A DNA stretch of 64,000 nt, from assembly GCA_944381215.1 (NCBI GenBank), contig CALWKF010000002.1, forward strand, positions 55,174-119,173, read 5' to 3'. The notes under the pieces were generated by a model. That model worked only from the letters and a program-made list of their open reading frames with translations. It did no database searches and was not told the DNA's origin. Numbering within the stretch: position 1 is the first letter of the stretch; each line of letters begins with the position of its first letter. Source of the stretch: an uncultured Clostridia bacterium (GTDB lineage: Bacteria > Bacillota > Clostridia > Christensenellales > UBA1242). Made by a program: the position numbers and the translations under genes. This document shows, in pieces, positions 26,762 through 37,100 of this stretch.

Positions 26762-28585
26762 TTAGTCTGCTTTCTTTGCATCAGCATCCTTTACTTCGAC
26801 ATCGGGCTCATCCTTTTTGCCTGCCTCAGTGCTACCGTTTGCGTTTTGGTTTGCTTGGTAAAGTTTCGAGATTATGTCTTGGCTAGACTTGCTCAACTCG
26901 TCAATAGCCTTCATAATCTTGTCTTTGTCGTCTACTTTAATTTCCTCTTTTGCCTTCTCAATTGCCTCAGTAAGTTTTTTCTTGTCGTCCTCAGAAATCT
27001 TGTCGCCATTCTCGCGCATTGCCTTTTCGAGTCCTAGAATTAGTGAGTCTGCCTGGTTGCGTTGCTCGATAATCTCACGACGCTTCTTGTCTTCCTCTGC
27101 GTACTTCTCGGCGTTCTTAATTGCCTCGTTGATTTCGTCTTCCTTCATATTAGAACTTGAAGTAATAGTAATTTGCTGTTGTTTACCAGTGCCTAGGTCC
27201 TTTGCGCTAACATTTACGATACCATTTGCGTCGATATCAAATGTAACCTCGATTTGAGGCACGCCCCTTGGTGCTGGCGGAATGTCGGTTAGGTTGAATC
27301 TGCCTAGGGTCTTGTTATCCTTTGCGAACTCGCGCTCACCTTGTAGTACGTGAATTTCTACGCCTGGCTGGTTATCAGCGGCGGTCGAGAACACCTGCGA
27401 TTTCTTAGTAGGAATTGTGGTGTTACGGTCGATAATACGGGTAAACACGCCACCCAAGGTCTCGATACCAAGGGAAAGTGGAGTAACATCGAGTAGCAAC
27501 ACATCCTTTACGTCGCCGCCCAGTACACCGCCTTGAATAGCGGCACCGATTGCGACACACTCGTCGGGGTTAATTCCCTTGAAGCCCTCTTTGCCTGCAA
27601 AGTTCTTTACAGCGTCGCAAACTGCTGGGATACGGGTACTACCACCGACAAGAATGATTTTGCTAATGTCGCTTTTATCAAGTTTAGCATCCTTTAAGGC
27701 TGCTGCGGTTAAGTCGATAGTTTGCTGAACTAGGTCGCTCGTGATGTCGTCGAATTTTGCACGAGTGAGTTCGTACTCAAGGTGCTTTGGACCGCTTGCA
27801 TCAGCCGAAATGAAAGGCAGAGAAATAGTAGTTTTCATAGATGCTGATAGGTCGATTTTTGCCTTTTCTGCAGCCTCTTTCAACCTCTGCATAGCCGTTT
27901 TATCGGTAGTCAAGTCGATACCATTTTGGTCCTTGAATTCCTTTACAAGCAGGTCGATAATGCGCTGGTCGAAGTCATCACCACCGAGGCGGTTATTACC
28001 CTTTGTGGCAATTACTTCGAACACGCCGTCGCCGATCTCGAGGATAGATACATCGAATGTACCACCACCGAGGTCGAATACTAGCAACTTCTGGTTGGCG
28101 TTTTCTGCCTTGTCAAGGCCGTATGCAAGAGCGGCAGCGGTAGGCTCATTAATTATACGCAAAACCTCAAGCCCTGCGATTTTACCTGCGTCCTTGGTCG
28201 CTTGACGCTGACTGTCGGTAAAGTAAGCGGGCACTGTAATAACAGCTTGAGTAACCTTTTGACCCAAGTAAGCCTCGGCATCGTTCTTTAATTTTGTTAA
28301 AATCATTGCGCTGATTTCCTGTGGAGTGTACTGCTTGTCATCGATTTTAACCTTGTAGTCACTACCCATTTCACGCTTGATACTAGAGACGGTGTGCTCT
28401 GGGTTCGCCACTGCCTGACGCTTTGCTACTTGACCAACGAGACGCTCGCCGTCCTTTGTAAATGCAACAACTGAAGGGGTTGTGCGAGAGCCCTCTGCGT
28501 TAGGGATAACGACAGGTTCCCCACCCTCCATAACTGCTACACATGAATTAGTTGTTCCTAAGTCTATACCAATGATTTTTGACAT
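26762..28585 (-). CDS. dnaK: Molecular chaperone DnaK (Hsp70)
   Basis: [18 protein letters not shown] and the other canonical Hsp70 signatures are present. Confidence 0.98.
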   Translation of the reverse strand: MSKIIGIDLGTTNSCVAVMEGGEPVVIPNAEGSRTTPSVVAFTKDGERLVGQVAKRQAVANPEHTVSSIKREMGSDYKVKIDDKQYTPQEISAMILTKLKNDAEAYLGQKVTQAVITVPAYFTDSQRQATKDAGKIAGLEVLRIINEPTAAALAYGLDKAENANQKLLVFDLGGGTFDVSILEIGDGVFEVIATKGNNRLGGDDFDQRIIDLLVKEFKDQNGIDLTTDKTAMQRLKEAAEKAKIDLSASMKTTISLPFISADASGPKHLEYELTRAKFDDITSDLVQQTIDLTAAALKDAKLDKSDISKIILVGGSTRIPAVCDAVKNFAGKEGFKGINPDECVAIGAAIQGGVLGGDVKDVLLLDVTPLSLGIETLGGVFTRIIDRNTTIPTKKSQVFSTAADNQPGVEIHVLQGEREFAKDNKTLGRFNLTDIPPAPRGVPQIEVTFDIDANGIVNVSAKDLGTGKQQQITITSSSNMKEDEINEAIKNAEKYAEEDKKRREIIEQRNQADSLILGLEKAMRENGDKISEDDKKKLTEAIEKAKEEIKVDDKDKIMKAIDELSKSSQDIISKLYQANQNANGSTEAGKKDEPDVEVKDADAKKAD

Positions 28586-28634
28586 AATTTTAATCTCCTT
28601 ATAACTTAATAATCATTTAATATTTAAAATAGTG

Positions 28635-29213
28635 TTACTTCGCAATTTTGACCATTGCCACGCGCACAACGCCGTGAGGACTAGAAAAGCCTGATTTTAA
28701 CTCTTCTATAATCTGTCCGCTTGGCACGTCGTGGTTTTCCTCTGCAACGACTACATTGTGCAGATTCGGGTCGTACATTTTGCCGACCGTTTCGATCGGC
28801 TCGATACCCAGGCCTCGCAAATTGTCGATAAACGCGCGCTCAATCATATCAAAGCCCTTTAACGTGTTTTCGTCCGTAATGTGCTTTTTTGCCGATTGAA
28901 TGGCATCAAGTGCAGGAAGTAGTGCCTTGACTGCGTCAAAAATGCCGTTTTGGCGCGCATCACTCGCGATACTTGCGTTGCGCTTTCGATAATTTGCAAA
29001 ATCTGCCTGTAATTGCTGTACTAACTTAGTAAGCGCTATACTATTTTCTTTTTCTAATTGAAGTTTGAGGTTCAAATCCTCAGGCGGTGATAGCTCCTCG
29101 TCTATCACTTCGCTTTCCCCCGCTACCAGGTCATCTTGACCAATTTGAGCCTCATTCTCGAGGCTCGGTTCCGTTTCAGTCTCGTGCTTCAAGTCGTCTT
29201 TATTTTTGTTCAT
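28635..29213 (-). CDS. grpE: Nucleotide exchange factor GrpE
   Basis: FANYRKR motif and a C-terminal beta-domain (G.V.....GY..........V.V). Operon position also fits. Confidence 0.9.
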   Translation of the reverse strand: MNKNKDDLKHETETEPSLENEAQIGQDDLVAGESEVIDEELSPPEDLNLKLQLEKENSIALTKLVQQLQADFANYRKRNASIASDARQNGIFDAVKALLPALDAIQSAKKHITDENTLKGFDMIERAFIDNLRGLGIEPIETVGKMYDPNLHNVVVAEENHDVPSGQIIEELKSGFSSPHGVVRVAMVKIAK

Positions 29214-30258
29214 CTTTATCTCCTTTATTAGAATCTAGTGCTTTAAGGTTGGCAAACTCGCCAACTACGAATTTTAGCGCACTAGCGATTTTTGCGTAAT
29301 CCATTCGCTGTGGGCCGATGATGCCGATACTTGCGATACTTTCGCCGTCAATTGTGTAATCGGCGCGCGCCACGGCGCAATCTTGTAGTTCCGTAACTGG
29401 AATTTCGGTCCCTATTCTAAACGAGATTTCCTCATCATCTGGTTCGTCGAAAATCTGCTCTAGGTCTTTTGGATTACTGAGAGCATCGATAACTCGCTTT
29501 GCCTTGTCTAAGTCGTGGTACTCTGGGCTGTTTAGTAGCCTTAGTTGACCCCGCGCTGTAAAGCCACCAGACGAGGCAATTTTGTCGCAAAGGCATTTAA
29601 GTGAGTCGATCATTGTGTCGAAAATTCCGCAGAATTCCGCTAGGTCCTTGCCCATTTGCACGCGGTAATTCTCGATATTTTGAATCATGTCCGCCACGCT
29701 GTGTTCCGCGAAAGTCGTGGTTAAAAAGTTGCTTGCGTCGACATAAGTTTGTGTTGGGATATCGACTTTTGCGGGCATAAAGTTGTTTATAATTCCGCTG
29801 TTTGTCTCGATTAATATCAGTGCCTGCCCTGTCATAAGTGGAACAATTTTTACATTTTTTATAATCAGCTTTTCAAAGCCCTTTAGCATTACGACCGCTG
29901 GATAATTTGTGGCCTTGCTCACGATATCTGCAATTTCGTTTACCATGTCGCCTAAGTATATCGACCGATTTTCAAAAATGCCGTGAATCTCGTCGAGAAC
30001 AGCCTTGTCAAGCGGAACATCGCCCATAATCGAGTTCACGAAATAACGATAGCCCTTTGCTGTGGGGACACGGCCACTCGATGTATGTAATTGCCTAAGA
30101 TACCCCATTGCCTCGAGGGCATTTAGCTCGTTTCGCAAGGTCGCGGTGCTCAAGTTTTCACTGCAATGGGACCGAATGTTACTGCTCGTAATCGGGCTGG
30201 CGGACTGAATATACTCCTCGACCGCATTTAGCAAGATGTCGCGCTTTCTGTCGCTCAA
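29200..30258 (-). CDS. hrcA: Heat-inducible transcription repressor HrcA
   Basis: N-terminal wHTH (ILLNAVEEYIQSASPITSSNI...LSTATLRNELNALEAMGYL) and first position in the operon behind CIRCE. The start codon is uncertain: TTG at 30258, but the frame stays open upstream to the GGAGG RBS. Confidence 0.9.
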   Translation of the reverse strand: MSDRKRDILLNAVEEYIQSASPITSSNIRSHCSENLSTATLRNELNALEAMGYLRQLHTSSGRVPTAKGYRYFVNSIMGDVPLDKAVLDEIHGIFENRSIYLGDMVNEIADIVSKATNYPAVVMLKGFEKLIIKNVKIVPLMTGQALILIETNSGIINNFMPAKVDIPTQTYVDASNFLTTTFAEHSVADMIQNIENYRVQMGKDLAEFCGIFDTMIDSLKCLCDKIASSGGFTARGQLRLLNSPEYHDLDKAKRVIDALSNPKDLEQIFDEPDDEEISFRIGTEIPVTELQDCAVARADYTIDGESIASIGIIGPQRMDYAKIASALKFVVGEFANLKALDSNKGDKDEQK

Positions 30259-30323
30259 TACTTCATCATCAAAAATACGCTCACCTCCTAGTCAATACTG
30301 CTAGCACTTGTTTGTTTGTTTTG

Positions 30324-30350
30324 TTAGCACTCTCGCCAATTGACTGCTAA
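30324..30350. promoter_or_regulatory. CIRCE operator (HrcA binding site)
   Basis: TTAGCACTC-tcgccaatt-GACTGCTAA compared with the consensus TTAGCACTC-N9-GAGTGCTAA shows one mismatch. Confidence 0.88.
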
Positions 30351-30351
30351 T

Positions 30352-30380
30352 ATCATACTACTATAATATTCGTTTGTCAA
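30352..30380 (-). promoter_or_regulatory. SigA-type promoter of the hrcA operon
   Basis: TTGACA - 17 nt - TATGAT on the minus strand, immediately upstream of CIRCE. Confidence 0.65.
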
Positions 30381-30467
30381 CAAAAAATACACACTTTTTT
30401 AAAAAATTTTAAACTTTTTTAATTAATTTTAATCTTATATCTTGCATTACTCTTTTATATATTGAAA

Positions 30468-30519
30468 AAGCGGAATGAGATTCTTCGTCTCAGGCTTCGA
30501 GGGGCGGGCTCAGAATGGC
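30468..30519 (+). repeat. Dispersed intergenic repeat, copy A
   Basis: AAGCGGAATGAGATTCTTCGTCTCAGGCTTCGAGGGGCGGGCTCAGAATGGC. Confidence 0.85.
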
Positions 30520-30588
30520 TAAAATAATGATAAACCACACCTCAAAAATGTTTTCGGGGTGTGGTTCAAATCTCGGTTATATTTTTAT

Positions 30589-30640
30589 AAGCGGAATTGA
30601 TTCTTCGTCTCAGGCTTCGCGGGGCGGGCTCAGAATGACA
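30589..30640 (+). repeat. Dispersed intergenic repeat, copy B
   Basis: AAGCGGAATTGATTCTTCGTCTCAGGCTTCGCGGGGCGGGCTCAGAATGAC, nearly identical to copy A and 121 bp downstream of it. Confidence 0.85.
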
Positions 30641-30710
30641 GTGCCTTTATTGGTTATTGAAAAAACAGAACGGAACGGGCCTGGGCTGCCTTAGACAAGA
30701 ATCTCTCTTG

Positions 30711-30764
30711 GTCATCCTGAGTGTCGACCCGCGTAAGCCCCTTGACGAAGGATCTCATTCCTGC
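30711..30764 (-). repeat. Dispersed intergenic repeat, copy C (inverted, variant core)
   Basis: The reverse complement reads GCAGGAATGAGATCCTTCGTCAAGGGGCTTACGCGGGTCGACACTCAGGATGAC. A partial extra unit (CCTTAGACAAGAATCTCTC) lies at 30689-30707. Confidence 0.8.
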
Positions 30765-30780
30765 CACTTAAATAGGCAAA

Positions 30781-32799
30781 TTAGGCAAAATCGTCGTAGT
30801 TGTTGGTTTGGTCGTTTGTGGAGGAATCGGTGTCTACGGCTTCAAACACGGCCTTGATTACCTTGCCGTTTACCTGTTCTTTGGTGAGGCTGATGTTGGT
30901 GGAGGTGCCAAAGGTCTCGTCCTCGTCGTTTGCGTTTACCCAGCCTACGAAGCGGTAGCCTGAATACGCAAGGGCTATGAATGTAACTGTGTCGGTATCT
31001 TCGCCGTTTGCGATGTCGTTACCCACCATGCGCACCTCGCCCCCCGATGTCGCTGTTGCCACTGTGCCAACTATTCCTACTCCGCCACCACCATTCACGG
31101 TCGGAGGAATTTCGTATTGAGGTCTAGTTGTGGCGAGGTTGAATACCACAGTGCTTGCGGCCATTTGGTTTTCAAATTCCATTATGAACAAGTTCGTGGC
31201 GTCCATTGCGGTGTAGCGCACGTTTAGAGAATTGCCAGCACCGTAAATTGTGGCCTTGTAGTATGTAGGGGTTATGGTTGCCCCGTCAATAGTTATGGTA
31301 TTCACGTACCGCCCTGTTTGCGGGTGCGCAATCACGTACAAAATGTCGCCCTCTCTAAACGACTCAATCGTACCACTCCCGCCCGCGAATGAGGCATTTA
31401 TTCCCACACTTGTGGCGGTTACATTAATATCTTTCATCAACGCACGAATTATTAACATAATTGAGCCGTTTTCGTCGTTGTAGCACTTATATTGATACTG
31501 ACCGTCAACATTTATAAATATGCGGGCACTCGCTTCGCTCGCGCTGATGATTATAGGGTTGTTGTCGATCGTTAGACTTATTTTTGATACATTCGATGTT
31601 TTTGGACTAAATGTTAATGTAACTACATCTTCCGTGCCGTCCTCATTTGTTGAGTATGTGGATGTTACAGACACATTGTCGTCCAGCGTGGTCGTAACTG
31701 CGCCATTCACCGCGCTAAGCGCGGCAGTATCAAGGTTTAAGTGAAGCGCTGCCCGCACGCCGTAGCTAGAGCGGACATAGTAAGCGCCAATCGAGGAGCC
31801 GCCGGAGGAAGAAAGAGGGTAAGCAGAGTTCGAATTACTACAGTAACCAGACCGCGACCACCAATTAGTAGAAGCTGAGCGTTCTGTTTTGGATAGCCCC
31901 CATATTCCAGAATCGGAATCGCTAGTACCAGTTTCTGAAATACTAGGTATCCATAAGTAGTCTGCACCCCATTGAGTGTAGTAACCTTTCGTTTGATATG
32001 AGTACGCAGAGGCATCATCCTGAAACCAGCCTGTCGTTATGTTAGTAGCTAGGGACTCGTTGTTTAGCGTGTAGTCCATTGGGTTATCGCCACCAAGCAA
32101 TTGAGGCTCGGTTTGATACCATACATTGTTAGGCTGCACAAGGTATTGCGTTAGCCCAAGAGAAGGGGCTGTATAGAGTGCGTATTTGTGTGTAGTAGAA
32201 GGGCTACCAGCACTAACTGTAGTGGTAGGGGTTGAGCTGTTACTCGTAATATTTATATATTGCCCACCATTATTTAGGGTAACCGCACGAATGTGACTCG
32301 TACCATACATAGAGGTAGGAAAACCGCTGGTAAAACTATCTGGACCATAATTGGAACTACTATTACCATATGTGGCTGTACCATCATTGTTTGCCATTAA
32401 AAGAGTGGCTATACGATTTCCATAGTTATCTTTTGTAAGGTATACCACCTGCCATTGATAATTGCCTAGGGTTACTACTACTGCCTGGCCATTCGTTTTA
32501 CCGCCATAGACATATCCGCGGATGTTTTCGGCATTTTGATTGTTAGTATTTACACCTTCAATGGTGCCGTCACTTGATATATAGCTTAAAAGTGTACGCA
32601 TATTGGTTAAATCAAATGACTGGGTTGCGCTGTCCCAAATATTGCCAACTGTAACTGCATTTGAACTGCTTACACTGGTAAAGGCGTCGACTCTGTTGTT
32701 TATATTTGGTGAAAATAACAAAGATAATAATAGTGTCGATATGCTGAAAATTCCAACGATTACTGCCATTACCCCTGTTTTGACCTTTGATAACTTCAT
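30781..32799 (-). CDS. Cell-surface protein with an N-terminal signal/anchor and a C-terminal Listeria-Bacteroides (Flg_new) repeat
   Basis: N-terminal hydrophobic segment (VMAVIVGIFSISTLLL). The body is Ser/Thr/Asn/Gly-rich, and the C-terminus carries GYRFVGW, typical of the InlB-B/Flg_new repeat. Confidence 0.65.
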   Translation of the reverse strand: MKLSKVKTGVMAVIVGIFSISTLLLSLLFSPNINNRVDAFTSVSSSNAVTVGNIWDSATQSFDLTNMRTLLSYISSDGTIEGVNTNNQNAENIRGYVYGGKTNGQAVVVTLGNYQWQVVYLTKDNYGNRIATLLMANNDGTATYGNSSSNYGPDSFTSGFPTSMYGTSHIRAVTLNNGGQYINITSNSSTPTTTVSAGSPSTTHKYALYTAPSLGLTQYLVQPNNVWYQTEPQLLGGDNPMDYTLNNESLATNITTGWFQDDASAYSYQTKGYYTQWGADYLWIPSISETGTSDSDSGIWGLSKTERSASTNWWSRSGYCSNSNSAYPLSSSGGSSIGAYYVRSSYGVRAALHLNLDTAALSAVNGAVTTTLDDNVSVTSTYSTNEDGTEDVVTLTFSPKTSNVSKISLTIDNNPIIISASEASARIFINVDGQYQYKCYNDENGSIMLIIRALMKDINVTATSVGINASFAGGSGTIESFREGDILYVIAHPQTGRYVNTITIDGATITPTYYKATIYGAGNSLNVRYTAMDATNLFIMEFENQMAASTVVFNLATTRPQYEIPPTVNGGGGVGIVGTVATATSGGEVRMVGNDIANGEDTDTVTFIALAYSGYRFVGWVNANDEDETFGTSTNISLTKEQVNGKVIKAVFEAVDTDSSTNDQTNNYDDFA

Positions 32800-33144
32800 A
32801 CTAACCTCTTTTATTTATATTCCAAGTATTATTTTTTGCTTTTAAACAAATTATAATTCATAAATACTAAACCAGGTTTACTTTGTTTAAAGGCAAAAAT
32901 TTTAAAGAATTAGCCTACTTTTTAATTGAACCATTATTAAAACATAAAAGTAATACAGAATTAACTTAAAATATAGATATTCTATATATTTATTTTATCA
33001 ATATTTGAAGTTTTTAGCAAATTATTCAAAAGGTTTTTAAAAATTAGATGCTGTAAAATACTGGGAAATTTTACTTTGAGAAAACCTTATTTTTTTCAAT
33101 ATTTTGACTAAAATTGCAAAAATTAACACTTTTTTAAGAAGAGA

Positions 33145-33225
33145 TAGGAAAAATTCCTAATCTGGAATAAATTATAACATTCCTGTTTGGGAATGTCAAT
33201 GATTTTATTCCATTTTTGGAATAAA
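33145..33225. promoter_or_regulatory. Cluster of GGAAT/ATTCC inverted repeats upstream of the XRE gene (candidate operators)
   Basis: GGAAaaaTTCC, GGAAT-N13-ATTCC, GGGAAT-N16-ATTCC and ATTCC-atttt-TGGAAT all occur within 80 bp. The cluster ends 9 bp before the ATG. Confidence 0.35.
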
Positions 33226-33233
33226 ATATAAAT

Positions 33234-33437
33234 ATGTACAAATTAGGTGAAAGAATTAAAGAGTTAAGACTGGAACGCGGTCTTTCTATTCAAGCATTGA
33301 GCAAAATGGTGGACATTGGTGTCGCCTCTATTTGTCGTTGGGAAAACGGCAAGGCTGACATCCGCGGTGAGCAATTATGCAAGCTTGCGGACTTTTTCGG
33401 CGTAACTACCGACTACATTCTTGGGCGCGAGGACTAA
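33234..33437 (+). CDS. XRE-family helix-turn-helix transcriptional regulator
   Basis: 67 aa. LGERIKELRLERGLSIQALSKMVDIGVASICRWENGK...LCKLADFFGVTTDYILG is a canonical HTH_3 sequence. Confidence 0.88.
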   Translation: MYKLGERIKELRLERGLSIQALSKMVDIGVASICRWENGKADIRGEQLCKLADFFGVTTDYILGRED

Positions 33438-33650
33438 AATAAATAAAGTCTGTGTAACATAAAAAAATTTTGCTGTCTTTTAATTTGTTTGTCCCTTCCC
33501 TCGCCCTAAAAACAAAAAAAGAACGATTTAGTTATATACACTCTAAAAATGACATTTAGAGGTCACTAGATACGTTCTTTTTTTATACATTTATATAAAT
33601 AAAGTTAATTTTATTTTATAAATACTTAATGTTAATTTTATTTTGAGGCT

Positions 33651-34118
33651 TTAAAGATACGGGAAAACGATATTAAGTACAAGTACGGCTATTACATAAC
33701 TTAAAAGCATTCCTATAGTTAAGAACAAGATGGACACGATCACTTTTAAGTACCATTTGTTAAGTTGCCTAATTATAACTAAATTCGTAAATCCCAGTAT
33801 ACCACCACATATTCCCCCAACCAAGCCAAATAGAAAGCAAGGCAAGAACACTAAAATTGACAGCACAATTTCGTACCAAGTCAACTTCCTTTCAAGTTCA
33901 ATTTCGTTATTAAACATAGTTATGATCATACCGATAAACTGATTGCCCTTAATTCGAAATTGCTCGACTTTTTCGCCATCTTGGTACTCAAAAAGACTAT
34001 TTTTTATTTTCTTTAAGGGGATACCGTTATATTTTATGGAACGCCTGCCAGTCCAAAAGTTTTCCTCAAACTCTAAGGGCTTATTTAGAGTTTTTACATT
34101 ATTTAATTCTATTTTCAT
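33651..34118 (-). CDS. Hypothetical membrane protein
   Basis: 155 aa with a soluble N-terminal half and 2-3 TM helices. Its ATGA overlap with the upstream 1105-aa gene suggests coupling. Confidence 0.5.
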   Translation of the reverse strand: MKIELNNVKTLNKPLEFEENFWTGRRSIKYNGIPLKKIKNSLFEYQDGEKVEQFRIKGNQFIGMIITMFNNEIELERKLTWYEIVLSILVFLPCFLFGLVGGICGGILGFTNLVIIRQLNKWYLKVIVSILFLTIGMLLSYVIAVLVLNIVFPYL

Positions 34119-37100
34119 TGTGCACTCCTCAGTATTGGATTTCTATCCGTAGACATATCCCAAATTTCCTCATCCCAGTTAGCAAGACAAAATTCGCGTA
34201 TAGTTTGCAAGTCTGCTTCGGTACCGTTTGTTCCTTGATATCTTAATCCAGTAACGGTGTTTTGATCGCTATAATAGCAATTAGTAATCTTTTGTGAATC
34301 ATTGAATTTGCCGAAGGTGTAGTATGTTATGTTAGGATCGTTTAAGTCTCTAAAAAATTCAACATTTGTAGAACAAATTGCAAAACTGTTTTCTACATTA
34401 GAATAGTATGAAAATGCTACAACGGCTATTTGCGTGATATCGACCTCAACATCTATATTAATCTCGCTTTCTGAATAGCAATTTTTCACCGCACAACCAT
34501 AGCCTGCAAACCCTGAAATGAAAGATTCGCTCAAAGTCGGGACATAACTATCACTACTTAAATCGACATTTAAAATGGTTTTGGCGTGACAATTTGTCAC
34601 TCCTGCGCCAAAGCCAGCGAAGCCCGCAAGATCTACACTCGGCCTTTCCGTATATGAAATTGCATAAGTCGACAAGTTAATGGTAAGGTCAACGCTACTA
34701 TTACTAATAGTACCACCATAACCAACTAGTCCAGCCATATAATGCGAGAACATTTCGTAGTTTTTGATATTAAGGACACCTTGTACGTGGCAATTATCGA
34801 CAGTAGTATTTGCTGAATAGCCTATCAATGAACCTACATCCGCACTTTTAATAAAAGTTAGATTAACATTGGTAAAAGTAATGTTTTTAATAGTTGAACC
34901 AGAAGTACGACCAAATATTCCCGAACTGTATGCTGTTAATCTCGGTGCGGTAGAAAGGTTAGAAATAGTGTGGTTTTTGCCATCGAAATTCCCTGTGAAA
35001 TCATACCCCACGGAATGATTATCAATACCTATACTTTGAGAAATCGGGTAACCCTCCATATCAATATCATTTTCTACCACGATGTCCCTTGACCAGTAAT
35101 CTCTCTCGTTTACGAGTTCTATAAATGCCTCGGGAGATGTGAGCACCACAACGCCATCAGCCTCCAAAATATCGTACTCCGCTACCAAAGTTTTATCACC
35201 GACTGACCCGCGATAGATTTGGGTAATAAGGTAATCTCTTCCATCACGCCAGCCAATAAACGTGCACCCTGGCTTTTCGGGGCTGTTTAACGCGAATGTG
35301 GGCGTTTCTATATTGTACGTAGTGACATTTTCAACTGCCAACGTACCGCCGTTTAAGTCGTAAGTTATTGTATAGTTTATCGGGGTATATTTCGCGTAAA
35401 GTTGCACCTCGCCCATACTCCCTAACGGAATACGAGTAACAGGCTCGCCCTCGAGTTCGGCATTATCGAACCACCCGATAAAGTCGTAGTACGCTCTCCC
35501 TGGCTTAACCGAAATAATATGCTCCTCAACTATGGTGTAATATTTGTCGGTATCTTTTAAAGAGGTGCTACCACCGTTCATATTATAATTTATTTTATAC
35601 TTAATGGCCGAAAACTTTGCGTACAATATCAAGTCTTTACACATTGTGGGCGAAATCTCGGTTATTGCCTCAGTAAATAAAGCGTCCTGATACCACCCCA
35701 CAAAGTCAAAGCCCTGTTTTGAAGGCTCTTTGAGTACAAAACTTGTCGATAAAATATTGTATGTGGTGATATTATTAGTATCATTTGTGCCACCATCTAA
35801 AACATACTGGACATCGTAGTCAATTACCTCCCAGATTGCGTAAAGTGTAACTATACTTTCCGTTTCGGTCAAGTTGCACACTTGTTGGCCATCGCTATAA
35901 ACTTTGTTATTGTAGGCCCAACCGATAAACTGGTACCCTTCCCTAACATAAGTATTTGAAATCAAGAGAGCGGTTTGGTTATATGTGATTGTCATATCGG
36001 GCATTTTTGTATTTGTAGCGCCATTGCCATCAAATACTACCCTATACTTTAGAATTTCCCATTCCGCCGTTAACACGACTTGAGCACCTTGCTCGCTAGT
36101 TAAATTATATACTCGCTCTCCATCGTAATAATGATTATCATCGTATCTCCAATATTTAAACATATATCCTACTTTTCTAAAAGCGCATTCGTTGAGGTTT
36201 GCGCCAGTATCGTAGGTGAACACCTGATCGCTCATACTCCCGAAACCACCGTTTGCATTAAATGAAACCGTGTAACTTATCGGGGTTAATTTAGCAAACA
36301 AGGACATCGAGGTCATAATCGGCTCGCTACTATCAAATTTATTAATGAAGTTCGCGTCAAGGTAATAACCATCGAAAATATAACCTGTTTGATTAAAATT
36401 TTCGAGCAGGTCACCCTTGTATACTTCTATGACGCCTAGCAAACTTGTATCCTCGTCATAAACAGAAACTTTTAAGCTGTTATCGAAAAACTCTTGCATA
36501 GAGATATCGTAATCGTGCTCAACATCGTTTATTCTATTTATCGGTTTACATATATTGACCATATCGAAGCCAACGCCACTTACACTCAAATAGCCTGAAA
36601 TTATGCCGATCGCCTCGCCTTTTTCATTAAATAGCACGCCACCTCGATTTGCATTATCAATGCTAGCAGTGGTTTGAAAACTCGTGACACCATTTGAATC
36701 AGATTCGACTTTAAAAACCATTCCTTCAGTCACGACACTTGTGTAGTCGTCTTCATCAGTGTAAGTTATTGCGTAGACCTTCTCGCCCATTTCAACGTGA
36801 TTACTATTTGCCATTTTTATAGGCTTGGTTCTCTGTACACCAGTTTGGAAAATTGCTAGATTGTTTTCTTTATCAATTCCAATAATTTTTTCTATATTAT
36901 ATTTGGTGCCATCGCTTAATTCGATAGTTCCTGATGTGCAATTTTGAATGTTGCTATATAGCGACACGGCAAGGCCTGAGTTGTTGATAAAGAAGCCAGT
37001 ACCAGTTTGGCTAATCGATGGACCTTGTGCCGAAATATAAAATACTGAGTTGTTATAAGTATTAAAAATTTGTTTACTTGAATATGTAGCAGGGATTAAA

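Noticed and set aside
30545-30575. tRNA T-arm-like sequence GGTTCAAATCTCGG.
   Set aside because: No acceptor stem, D-arm or anticodon arm can be built around it. It is the 3' half of the AACCACACC/GGTGTGGTT hairpin between repeat copies A and B.
30657-30857. 66-aa plus-strand ORF in the hrcA-upstream spacer.
   Set aside because: It is built from the dispersed repeat copies (copy C and the partial unit) and runs into the 3' end of the convergent surface-protein gene, so it is a repeat-generated ORF.
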